Assembly (NCBI GenBank): GCA_012295275.1
Contig: CM022671.1
Coordinates: 18,972,001 to 19,036,000 of the forward strand
From: Chrysomallon squamiferum
Lineage: Eukaryota > Animalia > Mollusca
Direction of reading: 5' to 3'
Length of the DNA: 64,000 nt
The position numbers and the translations under genes were made by a program. The notes beneath the pieces are model-generated. The model made no database searches and was not told the origin of the DNA. It was given only the letters and a program-made list of their open reading frames with translations. Positions within the stretch are counted from its first letter, which is position 1. The number at the start of each line of letters is the position of its first letter. Positions 1-14,368 of this stretch are shown in pieces.

Positions 1-1488
1 ATCATGAATTTTCAAGGCCGAGTATGCAATACTAAAAAAATGTCAAGTCATCAAAATGAGAAAAACAAATACTTAAAATGACAAATGTGAAAAAAACATT
101 AAAAATGTTTTGACAGTATCCCATTCCATTTCTGATGATTGGTGTTGCCTATGATTTAAAAGCTTGAAAGTACTCCACACTGAGTAAATAAAGACAATAA
201 ACTATTCTATCATTAACTTCAATTTCAGATATATCAATGCAATACTATCCTGAGTTTGTACTTGACATTTACATGATAGCTATGACATAGCATGTAACTG
301 TAGCACTGAACTAGCAGCCTGCACATCTTGAACTAACATTATTACAATTTCAAATCCAAAAACACTTGATTAACAGTAAACCAGACACATACAGTATACA
401 CTTGTGATTTCTTAGCTGTATTTTGATCCTGTACCTTTCTGATACATTCAGACTCACTTTCCAGACACATCTATGTTTTGTTGCATGGAGATAATAAGTA
501 TATGTCTTGTTTTTCTTTTAATAACTTGGATTGTTTGAATTAAAACAAAATAATGTTTTTCGGTAATTAACACTGAAAATAAAGCAAGAAGTAGGCAGTG
601 TAAGCTAATTTTCAAGTATTGATCAAAGCTAACTTCTGAAACTTAACCCATGGTGAATTCAGCTGAGTCAAACTGCCAGAAACCCCTCTGAAGTTCAAAC
701 TACAAAAATTATTTTGAAATATAAAGATATTTTCTATTCCTGAATAAAATAAAAGACAAGTGTATAATACTAGCATTGTTGGTATCACAATCTGTTTCAG
801 CAGCAGCCAAGGTGAATAACAGTAGTGTGTGCTCATCAACAATTTGAACACAAAAACTATCAGATGGCAAGTGGTGGCTGTTGTTATACTGGAAAAGGCT
901 GCTGCTCTAGTGACATTGTGCTAAGTTTAAAATATCTTTCAAAAAGAAACTGAACAAGCTTTCAAATGGTATCAGTGATAAACCCATTGCAATATATCAT
1001 AATTTTAGTTTGAAGACAATTTTTCAAGAAAAACAGTAATTTTCCTTTTATTCCCATCTTGCCATATATCATTACAAAGCTCATTTTATTAAAAGCAGCT
1101 ATGTAGCCTGTCCACTTCCAGAGCCAGGCACCACATTAGTTGGGATTTGGTTTTCAATGATCAGCTCCAATTACAAATTCACAAACAACATAAAATTCAA
1201 GAGCAATTTTCCATGCAATTCATAATGTTACAGGTTGCTTGTAAGCTGAATTAAAAGAGATTAAAAAACACTGGTTTTGCACATTTTTTATGATGATGGT
1301 ATGAAATGTTACTGTCTGCCATTATCTATTGTATGTATATATTTGTGGAAGGAAGACAGAATTTATGTTAGAATATAAATTTTTTAAATCTCAGCTTTAC
1401 TTAAAATAAAAATGTATTTCATAAATGACATTTCAGTCGTATTTCAGAAACAAAATAATAGTTATTATTGAAATCAGCTGTAACTTGC

Positions 1489-1624
1489 CACAGACTCTAG
1501 AGGCTGAGAGCCAAATACTTTATATGAGGACCCAGACTGAGATGCTTTGCCAGGTGTACAACACAACACTACTGCCTGCTGTCCCACTCTAGTTGTGTAT
1601 TCATCCAGTGTACTTCTCAACTTT
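1489..1624 (-). CDS. NRF1: NRF1 coding exon (136 nt; KLRSTLDEYTTRVGQQAVVLCCTPGKASQSGSSYKVFGSQPLESV)
   Basis: Acceptor ttttatAG ends at 1625. TLDEYTTRVGQQA is identical to recalled NRF1. The 3' boundary fits best with the non-canonical donor GTG|GCAAGT. Confidence 0.93.
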
Positions 1625-2630
1625 CTATAAAATTAAAATATCAGTATTAATATCAATAAGAGTAAATAATACTCTTCAAAACTATAAAAATAAACCAAAA
1701 AAGATATAAACATTTAGGTTTACTTTCTATACTAATTTTTCCCCCCAGCACGTGAAGCTAAAGAAAAGTAGAACAAATTAATATTTCAAAATAAATAAAA
1801 TTTAAATATATGATTTTGTGACTATTACTGCACCAGTTAAGACTTGATAGTTTGCTGAAATTTTACAAAAACCTAATCTGCTATCAAATTAAATTTCAAT
1901 GTCATTCGTAAGTAAGTAAAAAATATTTTAAACACCTACCAATTTTTTCCTCCAAGAAATATTAATTATTTTTTAAATGTTCAAATTCAAATAAACCTGA
2001 TAAGTCTTGTCTGCTGTCTTTTTCTGCGAGAAGGATTTGTTTCAAAATGGTGTGGATGTCCTTTCCTCTTTCCTGATGCAATAGCTGCTGCAGCTGCTAT
2101 CCCAACAGGACCTGGTAATATAAAACTCCCATAAATGTGAAAAATGTGTTGCTATATAATAACTTCTGAAGTGGTGAACAATATAAAATAGATTATATTT
2201 TCAAACTGACAAAATATAAAGTGAATTGGTTTTTTTTTTAATATTTCATCACTTAAAAATATAGTTTAGTAAAAAAGTAATGAATCATTGAACCTTTCCG
2301 AAACAAGAAATACAGGATCATTAAAATAATTATTTAAACAAAGTTCTAAATGTTTTTAAATTGTAAGTCAGAAAGAGCAAATGATTTAATAAAAATGTTT
2401 TGTGTCTGGGTGTAATTATATTTACTACCTGCTGCAGCTAGCTGTGCTGTAACTTCATCAGACACTGTTCCCTGTAACAATTCTGAGGCATCAAAACCAC
2501 TTTCTGGAGAGCTGGGCTCACTGATGTCATCCTCTAAAATGCAGCTGTTGGCATTCATTGACATTGTTGTCATGTCATTACAGTTTACTGATGTATTCAT
2601 ATTTTTGGATGGTCTATCACAATACAGCAA
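1489..2630 (-). CDS. NRF1: Nuclear respiratory factor 1 / erect wing / P3A2 family transcription factor, 5' part; join(complement 2630-2429, 2111-1997, 1624-1489); remaining exons run off the left edge
   Basis: The spliced translation ...DEVTAQLAAAGPVGIAAAAAIASGKRKGHPHHFETNPSRRKRQQTRLIRKLRSTLDEYTTRVGQQAVVLCCTPGKASQSGSSYKVFGSQPLESV matches the recalled NRF1 N-terminal/DNA-binding region (AAAGPVGMAAAAAVATGKKRKRPHVFESNPSIRKRQQTRLLRKLRATLDEYTTRVGQQAIVLC). Intron phases join in frame. Confidence 0.96.
1997..2111 (-). CDS. NRF1: NRF1 coding exon (115 nt; GPVGIAAAAAIASGKRKGHPHHFETNPSRRKRQQTRLIR)
   Basis: Acceptor ttaccAG ends at 2112; donor AG|GTTTAT starts at 1996; encodes the NLS and start of the DNA-binding domain. 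Confidence 0.95.
2429..2630 (-). CDS. NRF1: NRF1 first coding exon (first ATG at 2600, MNTSVNCND...SEPSSPESGFD...DEVTAQLAAAG)
   Basis: Acceptor tctttctAG ends at 2631; donor G|GTAGTA starts at 2428 (phase 1). The acidic PSSPE segment and DEVTAQLAAAG motif are typical of NRF1. The true start Met is uncertain (ATG at 2600 or a later one). Confidence 0.9.
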
Positions 2631-2853
2631 CTAGAAAGATATATATATCTATATATATAAAACTGATCATTGTTTATTAGTATTATTATTATTTTTTAAA
2701 TATACCATTTATTTCCAAAGTAAATTGGGTATTCAGAAATCAAACAAAGCTTCATACAGTGGTATTCTTTACAAAGTTATATTAGAATTTATAGGCTATT
2801 AATATTCAGTAGTTCAGTGACTAGAACCGTTACAAATGAATAGTGAAAATTAC

Positions 2854-2885
<32 letters not shown>

Positions 2886-3444
2886 GGTTCATGAAAGTTC
2901 CCATTTTTATTATATCAAAATTCAAATATATTCTTGAAAAATTAAACAACATTTAAATAAATTTTAATTGTTTTTTTCTATTATCACAACATTTGTTAGT
3001 TATGATTATTCACTACTTATCATGGAAGTCTGTAAAAACCATTTACTGTGTTCAATGAACTTTTAAAATTGTTACTTTGAATGTAATGAACTTGTACTGT
3101 TAGTGTTATAGTCTTAGTTACACCAAGTAAATATTGGAATATAATGTTCTCACCTGCATCTTTATTACTATTATCAGAATAATTATGAATGGATATTTCT
3201 AGTACATTTTAAAATTCAAATGTGACCAGTTAAATTCATTATTTTACTTTATTTATATTTTTAATAATGGAAAAGTTTGGTAGTAACTAGTTAATTTTGG
3301 TTTGTCATTTATTTAACTATTGTTTTGTTGTACAAATAATCTAATGTATTTTGCACATTAATGGGAAGGAACTAAAAAGTATTCAACATAAATGTGTTTC
3401 AAAACAGTTTAAACATGTTCGTGTTAAGTTATTCTTAATAAATA

Positions 3445-4200
3445 TATCGTCTGCATGAAGAAGCATACATCGCAGTGCGCAAGACAAACATTTCAACTCG
3501 CTGCGACTGCGCTTGGGCGTGCGCGAACAACTACGACAACCCTTACTGGAAGCCTGGGTTTGTTACTGGGTGTTGTTCCGACGACACTCTTTTCAACAAA
3601 AATTGGATTTATTAAATGTTTTCGATATTTCTATAAAAATGCCAACGGCTTAACAATTCTTATTATAAACATATTACAAAGATGTTTCTTGAACGGCTGA
3701 ACAAAAATAATATGTTATCAGTTCTTCATCAAGTAAACTGCGGAAGACATATTGAAAATTTCTGTTCACTGCGTCTGCGCAGCTACGACAGTAATATTTT
3801 GATTCACTCGTACTCCTTTCATTTCATTGCTGATACCTGCATTTTAATAACACTTACATCTGATATCTTCGGTTTATCCCATGCAAAGATAAAGTCTTCT
3901 TTTTTGATACATAATAACCTCTTCGGTTTGGTTTTATTTTCCTAAACTGATTGAATGTATTGCTACGCTTTCAGTTGACACTGCTGCACGTCTGCTGTGG
4001 CACGACAGGAAATAGTACCCCGTATTGTTGCTTGATTTATTGTTGTTACAATAATTTAAATATTTTATTATTTCATAGAATAACTAAACTATTTATTTAT
4101 ATTTGTTATACCATATGGAATATAAAAATTAAAAATACTTGTTAATTAGTTACGGGGGGCCCCGAAAAGGTTATTCATTCGTTGAAGAAGCCTAAGTAGA
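3445..4200 (-). promoter_or_regulatory. Probable NRF1 promoter / non-coding first exon region
   Basis: CpG density rises abruptly relative to the CpG-poor gene body. There is a candidate minus-strand donor CCA|GTAAGG at 3546 and GCGC-rich motifs at 3470-3525 and 3770-3781. Confidence 0.55.
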
Positions 4201-4780
4201 ATAACGCATGGATATGTAGCTAATTTGTTTATTTATTTATTTTATTGAATTGAATTTTATTTTTTTAACAACATTATGCCTCTACTCCTATTCTGTGATC
4301 ACTTTTGTAATTAAATACACGTTTTCAGATTGTTTTCATTTTTATTTTCCAAATACTTTCATTAATTATTTTTTCGGTTAAATTCATTCTATAATATTGT
4401 TAATATTTAAGTATATTCATTTTTGGTTACGAAATTATGAACAACAGCAGTAATAGTAATAAATTTAACTTCATGGCAGTTTATCATTATATACCCATGA
4501 ACTTGGATGAACAGACGAAGAGAAGACATTTTATGACTTTCGAATGTATCGTAAATTACGTAATAAAAAACGTTGCTCATCCAGTATTTCCGGAGTGCAA
4601 ATATATAAATCAATACATACATCAGATTATAGCTCATTGTTCATTTGGATTATTATTCACATTAACTATATATTATGTCTTTAGACAACAGTATAGCGTA
4701 CTGTGATCATATGAATGACTGAAATTTTAATTTTCCAAATAATACGAAATTTGTATACATTTTAAAACTGTCACTAGATT

Positions 4781-4812
<32 letters not shown>

Positions 4813-7635
4813 AAATGTATGGAATCCGATTATTTCCTTTTTCTGAGAAAACAACGCCCTAGAATTTTGGAAACTTTGGTTTGTAGTATAATGATTTTAA
4901 TGAAAAACCTCTAGTAAAGAATGTAATGTGGAGTGAACTTGTTTCTGACTGTTATAATTGTTGGACGAGTTCTTCCCCTTACTTGATTGCTGAAAACAAA
5001 AATTAATAATTTGTTGTAAATCAGTCTTGCTGTAACTTACTTGATGTATTTCCTAAGTAACTTGAACTGTAGTATATCAGCGATAATTAATTAGTGTGTA
5101 GGTAGGTTCTCAGGAAGAGAGAAAGCGACCGTGTAGGAGTCAAATTGTAATACAGAATCTATTGAAGTTTTTATTTTATGTTTTATGCAGAGACTAAAAT
5201 ATTAATAATTATTACATGCACCACTATCATCATCATCATCATAACCATTATTATTTGTAGTAGTAATACATTTTTATTTTCATCTGGAACCGAAAATATT
5301 TCACAAAATGCGGGTGAAAATATTAAAATAAATCAACAATGATAGTTTCGTAATACGGATGTTATTTTTAGTATGTTTTTGTCTTCTTCTTTGTTGCTTT
5401 TGTTTTTTGTTTGATATATTCTTTTCTATCCAAGGAATGAGAATTGGCGTATTAAAGTTGTGAATCACCAGAACACGTCCACCCACACAGTTAAACTAAA
5501 TATCCTACCGGATTTGATTTGCAGACGTAACAGGGTGGGATATGTTTACACGTATTCTAAATGTGGTTAGTGTTTTGTGAAATGAATGAATATTTTAAAA
5601 CACTAAATGAGAATAGCTGAGTATTGTCCCCAGAGTAAAATTTTATCGTTATAAATATAACCTGTTGTATTATTATCGTCTTCTCACATCATTGTCGTTA
5701 TTATTACAACTACTACTAAGGTAAAATAAATAATATAATGATTTTTTTAAAAGCACACCCAATGTGTGCGAAATATGAATGAAAAAAAAATGCTAGTTTT
5801 TGTCATTTCAGCCAAGTACTTTCCACACCAAAAGTCTTAAAAACCACCACCCATCTAGTAGAAGTAGGCAGCCAAAAATACATTTATTTTAACTCCATTT
5901 TCTCTCCAAGCACAAATTCTGTAGATAATTATTCTAAATCATTTGCTCATGCAGCAGACTTGAAGAGGTAACTAGATAATTGCACTTCTTATGTTATACA
6001 ACCTACCAGAAAGCAAGAAAAGACACCTGGTGGGTATTGACATCATCCTTGCGAAAATGGAATATTTTACTTCCCAAATGCTCGCCTCTGTCAGCATTTA
6101 TGATTTCCTGGCAAATGGTATGTTCGCTAGGTTGTCTGTGAGGCCATAGTAATAAGAAATCTTTGCACTGCACATTTTTCAGGACAACGGAGCAGCTGGA
6201 TATGAAATAGCCGTACTCATAAGGGCATGCATGTTCTACAGACTACCTTCGTCATCACTTAATCATTAATCTCACTTTATCACAAAGAGAGTTATTGTCT
6301 TAAAATTGATGGTTTTTCTGGATCAGTGCCCCTTACGGCATCAGATTGATTATTTTCCATTCTGGTCATTGCTCTGTGGCTGGTCTATTAAAATATTGTC
6401 ATATGTTTATATAAGAGAGTCACAAGGGCGAAATGATAAAAATGGTATAAAATTATTTATTTATTTATTTATTATTACTGTTATTCTTTCTTCTCTTTAT
6501 TGTTATATTTTTTTCCTTTTTCTTTTTTCTTTCCTTTTCTATTTTTCTTCTCTTTTCTCACATATTAATCACATCTAAGGTCCTCTGTCTCAATCTCAGT
6601 CTTCAAAGGAATTTATTTAAAATGAATTTTAATGAACACATACTCGGAAAAATGCAGATGAAGATAACAATTATTTTTCATTACTGACAAACATTCTTCA
6701 AAAATCGTAAAGGCATAATCGTCAGTTACCGCAGTCAGCTTTCATCATATTAACCTATTTGTCATTCAACCGATTCCTCTTTAATATTTTTTTTATCTTT
6801 TTAAATTATTGTTATATATAGGTTTTCAATTTGACACTTCAATCCTTGGACTCGTGGAAACATATCAGTATTTAAGCACAGCGGTAGCTAAGCTGATTGC
6901 AAACACAACACTTTTGTGAAAATCTGACAAATTAGACTAACAGACCATTGATAGTTTGGCTGACGTTCAGACAGAACGGGTAAAACGATAAGTGGCGCAG
7001 CAAAACACATGCAACGGGCGCTAAAGGCAATGCGGTTTAAATAGAATCGAAATAACAGTGATGAGATTGCCAGAGTAAAACACCGTTGATCGTGAATTCG
7101 AAATGCAAGCAGTTTTATAGCTGATCTGGTAAATATATTATTTGTCAGACAACAAGCTGATCTATATAAAACACATTTACACACACCTTTTTTTTATTAT
7201 GATATGAACCATCCGCAATGAAGGAGACTTCAGTCGAAAAGATTTAGATACAAAAAAAGAAAAAAAGTCAATATTATGTTCACCTGTATAATTAATTTTA
7301 GATGAAGTAATGATGTCGTGAGATCCATATTTAGCGTTCATGTTTTTACAATGCCATATAGTGTAATGTAATAAATAATAAAACAATTCTGTATTGTGCA
7401 GTGAAATAGGGTGTAATCTACTTAATGCTCAGTAATCAAACCTTGATTTTTTTTTTTTTTCTTCTTTTTTGTCAAATATGGAATTTAAGAAAATCCAAAG
7501 GATATTGTACATATAATGTGGCATTTGATGGCCCCGATTGCTTCGATATCCTGAACATAAATTGGGTGGACATTAATAAGAAAGACATAAAGTGTTCATT
7601 TTTAGTGTAAACTTTGATTCATCTGATAATTTGAA

Positions 7636-7750
7636 GGGAGCGGTCTGTAAATCAGCAGTTGAGCGTTCACTTAACGTATGAAGGGTCGAAGGATCGATCT
7701 CTATCAATGGGATTCCTAAACCATTTCCGTTTTAACCACTGATCCTTGAC
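7636..7750 (+). mobile_element. Decayed tRNA-derived SINE-like head
   Basis: A-box-like segment followed by B-box-like GGATCGATCT (7691-7700). AAGGGTCGAAGGATCGATCT resembles AAGGGTCACAGGATCAATCC at about 30593-30612. Confidence 0.45.
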
Positions 7751-8931
7751 ATGTAGCAAAGATTAAGGCATAAGCTTTCCATTGCATTATAATTATTTAA
7801 ATCATTTATTTTTTACTTTTTGTTGAGAGAGATAGACAGAGAGAGAGAGAGTAGACAATAGACTGAAATATGAAACATAAAAAAGGGTGGCCTTTTTTCT
7901 TTCTCGTTTCATTTTTTTTTTTTTTTTTTCTTCAAAATATAGATTTCTGGGTTTACGCCAAATGACTTTTTGGTTAACTAAAATGTTTATTCAACTAGGT
8001 CTAAATGATGTGTTTTTGATGTTTTTCCATTTGCACTTAGAACGCTTTACAGAGCACTTCCACAAATAAAGTCTTCATAAGTACTTTCTGCATCTGAATT
8101 AGCCACACGCCTTGACTGTCTGTACATGTAGACAATTTACCGTAGTCTTTTTAGTCAGTATGTATAGAACACTACCAGGATAAATCATTTACGTTGGTCA
8201 TTTTGTAGTCCAGATGAGTAATTCGGCATACGGAAAATTTGTTATAGCAATTTTAACTATAATCTTAACATATTTATTTTTATTTATTAATTATTTATTT
8301 ATTTATTTTTATGTATTATTATTTTTAATTTTTATTTTTAATTTTTAATTTTTTTTTCCATATTCACTTATTAATATGTTATTTTGTTGTTTTGGGGGGA
8401 TTGTTTGGTCTGTAAGGGTTTATATATACAATAAATAATTTTGTCTTAATGTTTATTGTATTTTTTATGAAGGCATTGTTTGGGGGTTTTTGCGAGTATC
8501 ATTTATTTTAATCGCTTACTATTGAACTTGTATACAATGACTATATATAGCCTTAATTTTTGAAGCAATCGATAGTTACGTGTCAGATTAAACAGCTTAA
8601 TTATATTTTAACTGTCAAGTTCAAACAGCTTGTAGTTAATAAATTGTCCAACATTAAAACGTTAAGAATGCGTAGCAAAGCTTTGATTAATTTATGTGTC
8701 TGTCGACACTATATTCATTTACTCCTTAGTGTAAACAGTTGATAACACTTTAGTCCTCGTGAAAGTTTAAAACCATTTCCACAGTCATTTTATTTCTTGT
8801 CTTAATTCAACAAATTTACTGTGTTTGATGACACTGTGGAAACTACTTATCTTCGGTAGTAAAATATAGATATATTATATATATGCCATTTCATAAATTC
8901 CTAAATCAAGAAAACTGTTTGGTTCTTTTTT

Positions 8932-8963
<32 letters not shown>

Positions 8964-9114
8964 CCCCTTCTCCTTTAAAAATAAAATAAAATATTATTTA
9001 TTTGTTGCAATATGCGGCATCCTATGTTGCTAAATAACACTATATGTGCTCTCGTATCGATCCCCTATTTTGACATTCCAACTGTCGAACATCGTCATCG
9101 TCATCATCATCATC

Positions 9115-9145
<31 letters not shown>

Positions 9146-10513
9146 GTAGTATTATTATTATTATTATTATTTCAGACATTACTTATAATATTGCACGAGA
9201 GAGATGCCAAAAGTATTCGGGAATGTCATTGTTTGATTATACGTCTCTGTCGTCACAAAATCTTACAGAAATGCTCTTGGGAAATCATGATGATTCCAGA
9301 TTTAATTCTGTACGCGATGACCAATGGCTATTAGACCATATAAGCAATTCACTGTTGGAAGCATAATTAAGGAGGTAAAAGTAATGACTTTCCGAAAGAC
9401 CTTTGAATCTGCATGCAATAGATTATTTTGCCGAAATATAGATGAGTCATAGCTTCTCTGACGCACTGTTCATTTATGGGATCAGTTTTGATCATTTTTG
9501 TCTTTAATTAAAAAATCATAATCATTAATATCGTTGGTATCACCAATATAATTATGTATGAATGTGTAGATATGTATGTATTTATGTAATGTATATAATG
9601 TACTGTATGTATGTATATATATTTAGTAATATATGTTTGTAATGTAATGTAATATATATATATATGTGAAATAAATAATTTGATGGTGATTAATTTTGTT
9701 TATAAAGAGTCTGTCTTATGCCAACAGATAACTAAAGATATGTATCTTCACAGATACATTTTCTCTGATTACAAATTACAGTCTAAGTTATTTTTTCCTT
9801 TTCATCTTATTTTGAAAGAAAAAAAAACATTCGTTGTTGTCTTGTCTTGCAGTAATTAAAGCGTAACATTGTAAACAGGTGTGCCTTGATATTTTGGAAT
9901 TAAGTTAATTTTAATTCAATGTGTGTTTAAAATGTCACGTTATCCGAAATGAAAAACCGAGCATATCTTCTTAAATGGACCGCGACAGACATACCGGAAA
10001 TAAATAAATATAAAGTGCGCTGAAATGCCAAACGTTGGGTTACGGCGCGGATGATTATCAGTTGGCCGTGTCGAGATAGGACCCCCAGACTAAGCACGCT
10101 CTCAGATGGTTAGATCATTACGCCGACTTCATCAAAGAAATAAACCTGTCGGTTACACACAGGCGGCATCTAAATCAGTGGAATAAATTGACTGAATATT
10201 TTTTCTGCTGTAACATAAGTTTGCGAGAATTCTGCTACTGTTTCATCAGTGTTTGGATAATGTGAAGGGTGAATAATAGGTCGTATTATAGCACTGAATG
10301 ACAGATGTTGCATATCTCAGAATCCGAACGACCTCACTAGTGAGATGGCTGAGGGGAAAGGCAGGAGGCCACGGGGGTCTACATGAATTACATTCTCTTC
10401 TGGTTTCGTTTTCGGCTGTAAACATATATTTATGTAGATTAAATGCACAGCACCATGGTAGATTTGTGCATTAAAATATAAACGAACACGTGTTTTCTAC
10501 AGACAAATGTCCT

Positions 10514-10516
<3 letters not shown>

Positions 10517-10582
<66 letters not shown>
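10517..10582. repeat. (CA)n microsatellite
   Basis: Perfect CA run. Confidence 0.98.
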
Positions 10583-10585
<3 letters not shown>

Positions 10586-11812
10586 GAATTTATGTATGTA
10601 TACATGGGAAGGTTATGTACTAATGTGTGTGTGTGTGTGTGTGTGTGAGTGTGTCAGAGAAAGAGAGAGAGAGAGAGAATTTGACTGATAGATATTTATT
10701 TGAATTTATGACAGTATCTATTCACCATCTGTTTGAAGGAACTGCTTATTTTATAAATAAAATAAATAACCTATGATAAAGAGAAAACAGAAGAATATAA
10801 ATACACATATCCAAAGATATAAGTAACTACCAAGAAATTATCAACCAAGAAAAGTTAAATAAATAAAAATTCGTATGTATATCTAAATGCAAGATAAAAA
10901 AAAAGATAAAAAAAAGAAAGAAAAGAAGAACGAATACAACTATATATATCCTTCTAATATATGTATACACTAATACATTTAGATACATGATATACACACC
11001 ATACATATACGTACATATGTACGTAATATAATTTACACACACACACACACACACACATACACTCATATACATACGCAATGAGTGAGAAAAGATTCTGTCT
11101 TTAGTTACATTAAACAAAGATTGGTTCAAAGAGATATGGACATTTACCCATTTTATAGTAAACTACTACAAACAAACACACGAAGTGCAACAGTCTGGGT
11201 CGCCGTGTCACGACAACAGCCTCGTCAAATTAGCACTAACTTGACACTTTGAAAGGTTACGTAGCCAGGGAAAAGATAGAGCGAAATAAATGTTTAACTT
11301 TTTATGGTGTACAGGATTGCACACACCTATCAGAGAACAAAAGAGAGTGAAAAGAAAAAAAGAAACATACTTACAACTGCTTTACAACCTGGTTTTTTTT
11401 TTTTTCTTCAAAAAAACAAACAAAAAAAAAGAGCAAGAAATCCTAAGGCTGAAACATCCTGGCGTCTAAGAGGGTTGTTAGACTTCATTAAGTATTTATT
11501 TCGATTGTTTTGTATGGCTGTCTGGATACAAAAGTGTAAACACAGAATTTCAAGTGTTTCCATTCGTCAAAGAAACAAATTCCATGAAGAAATACCCCCG
11601 ACACGCCAAACCATAAAAATTTGTATACCTATACAGTGAGTTATATAATACTTTTTGTGCTCTGTTGGAAATAAACCGTGTAAAAAAAAAATATATATAT
11701 ATATATATATTTTTTTTTTTTTTACGATTTATTTCCTACAGAACACAGAAAGTATAAACAGAAAATGTTTAAGGGGTGATTCCAAGAACTGTAGCAGATA
11801 AAATAAAAGTAA

Positions 11813-11848
<36 letters not shown>

Positions 11849-12058
11849 GACTTGTTTAAAATGTTGCTTTATTTTGTTGTTTCTAATAGTTGCTACGATT
11901 GTAATATCATAGGCAGTGGTGTATGTTGTTCTGTTTGTTGAATAAATTAATCAAAGTATTTTTAATTCTTGATCAGTAATCCACAGTCAAGAAAATTATA
12001 ATATGTCCTCTCTACTTTGGTCATATTATCGATCACTAGTGAGAACTTGAAGCAAAAA

Positions 12059-12090
<32 letters not shown>

Positions 12091-13410
12091 AATAATAACA
12101 TATAAATTTATATAAGCAAACAAGCAAGTAAATTTAAGTAGCATAATAACAAAAAAACAAAAAACAACAAAAAAAACTTCAGTTAAAATCCTTTAATCTT
12201 ATTCATAATTAAATTTTATCCAACATCCAAACAATCCATTACATTTCGTAACAAATTATATTCAATACAGCGTGGTATATGCAATCCTGTCGTATTATTT
12301 ACAGAAAGGTAAAGAGGAGTTCCTCTCAGATCTGCTGCCGTGACACTGTTAGTGGCCAGAGTTCGACTACATTATCATACTGAACAAAGCGAGAGTTAAC
12401 CTGGCCTCACGGTGATACACTGAGGTGACAGACACGCATTTCTGTCTTAAGCAGACAATGCAGATACAATCTTTTCTTTCAACTACACACGCTATACATA
12501 ATTCCTAAGAACGTTCAGTGAGCGCGGCGCTAATCGTTAAGCAGTAATCGTTGGGATTAAGGATGAGTTCTGATACACCTGGGAATTACTGAATCACTAT
12601 TCGTGTCGAAGTAAATACTCATACAAATATCTGACATTCTCTTTCCTATTTAAAAAAAAAAAAAAAAAAAAAAAAAATTTTTTTGTTGTTGTTTTTTTAA
12701 GACTGAGAAAACGGTAAAGGACAAAGGGTGATCAAAATGTTTTCGGCCGCAGAGAATTCACAAACTTAGGTTGTTGAAATCACAAACTTTAGAAAAATAG
12801 TTAACTAATTTTGGTGGTAAATTAATGAACACATTGCTTTAAAAAATAACGAAATTAATTTTCGATGGAAACAAAACCCAGAAATAAATGAATTTCATCA
12901 AAAAAAAAGAAAAAAAAAGGATTATTTAAAAATAAAAATTATATTAGTATAATATTTTTAGATCACTGAGCAAAGTATTTATGCTGTATATTCATTTTAA
13001 TCTCAGTGGAAATTAGTTTCTTAGTAATTTTATAATAATATTATTTTCGAAAGTATTATTTCACTTATGGTACAATTTATTGCAAAAACATTTATGTTTT
13101 GTTTTCTAAGCAAAAAAATAAAAATAAAAATGTATGCTATACACTTCTATGCAATGATAATGATTTAAAAAAAAGAAATATTTTTAAACACAAATATATA
13201 TTATATTTTTAAACTAAAAATAAGCGGTGTATTTTTACAAATTGTTTCATGACAGTTAATAACCGTTTTTGCTGAGTTTTCTTTCTATTTATACACTGAA
13301 TTTGGAAAAACTGTTTAGTAGCTTTAAAGAAATTAATTTCCAGTTTATAATAAAACGAATCATTAAATCACAATTGCATTTAACTACAAAGAAACGGCAA
13401 AATGAATTTG

Positions 13411-13444
<34 letters not shown>

Positions 13445-14265
13445 AAAAAAGAAAAAAAGAAAAAAGAAGTTGCCAGTACATTAAGAACACTTCCATCTCT
13501 TTAAAGGTTTTTTTTTATACCACTATATATTTCTTGTTGTTTTTAATCTTGTTTTTTTTCGTCATCTTCATGTCTGATTCTTATTATTGTTACTGTTATT
13601 GATTGACACAGTGTCTAGCAACTTCTCAAGATATTTTATTATTAACTATCATTAGTGCCAGTCAAATGTTTCTTGTCAAGCACATTGGTAGAATGTGTAA
13701 CTCAATGATAAATTGTACCTTCTTGTTAAACCCTTTTTGCCATGAAATGGCAGCAGTAGTTTTTCTCTCTCATTATCTGAGTGGACCATATAACAGTAAA
13801 TAAAATGTGAATCGTAATATAAAATGTTTCCTTCGTACATTATTCTTGTGTAATAATGATCTGAATTTAGTATCAAGGGATTTTCTAGAGTAGTTTTAAA
13901 CAAAGAGTAAATTACACCGTTTGGAGCACTGGTTGGATGTGGAAAAGGGGCTACAGTACCTAAGAAGATGAGTGATTCTGCAATCCATTACGCCATTTAT
14001 TCATTCAATTTTTAGTTTTTGTGCTGACATCCCCTCATGGAAATGGCGTTTGTATTTCTTTGAAAATAGTAAGTTTTATTTTAATATGAAAAACATAAAT
14101 ATGTAATTAAACAAAATTAAATTAAAAAAAAATGAAGTATATTTAAAAAAACACGTCACAAATCGTAGTGAAAATCATATGTTCCGAAACAAAATAAGTC
14201 AACAAAAACGTGTAGTCGATATCACGCTAATTTACATATACATATGCAGATTAATAAACACACAC

Positions 14266-14368
<103 letters not shown>

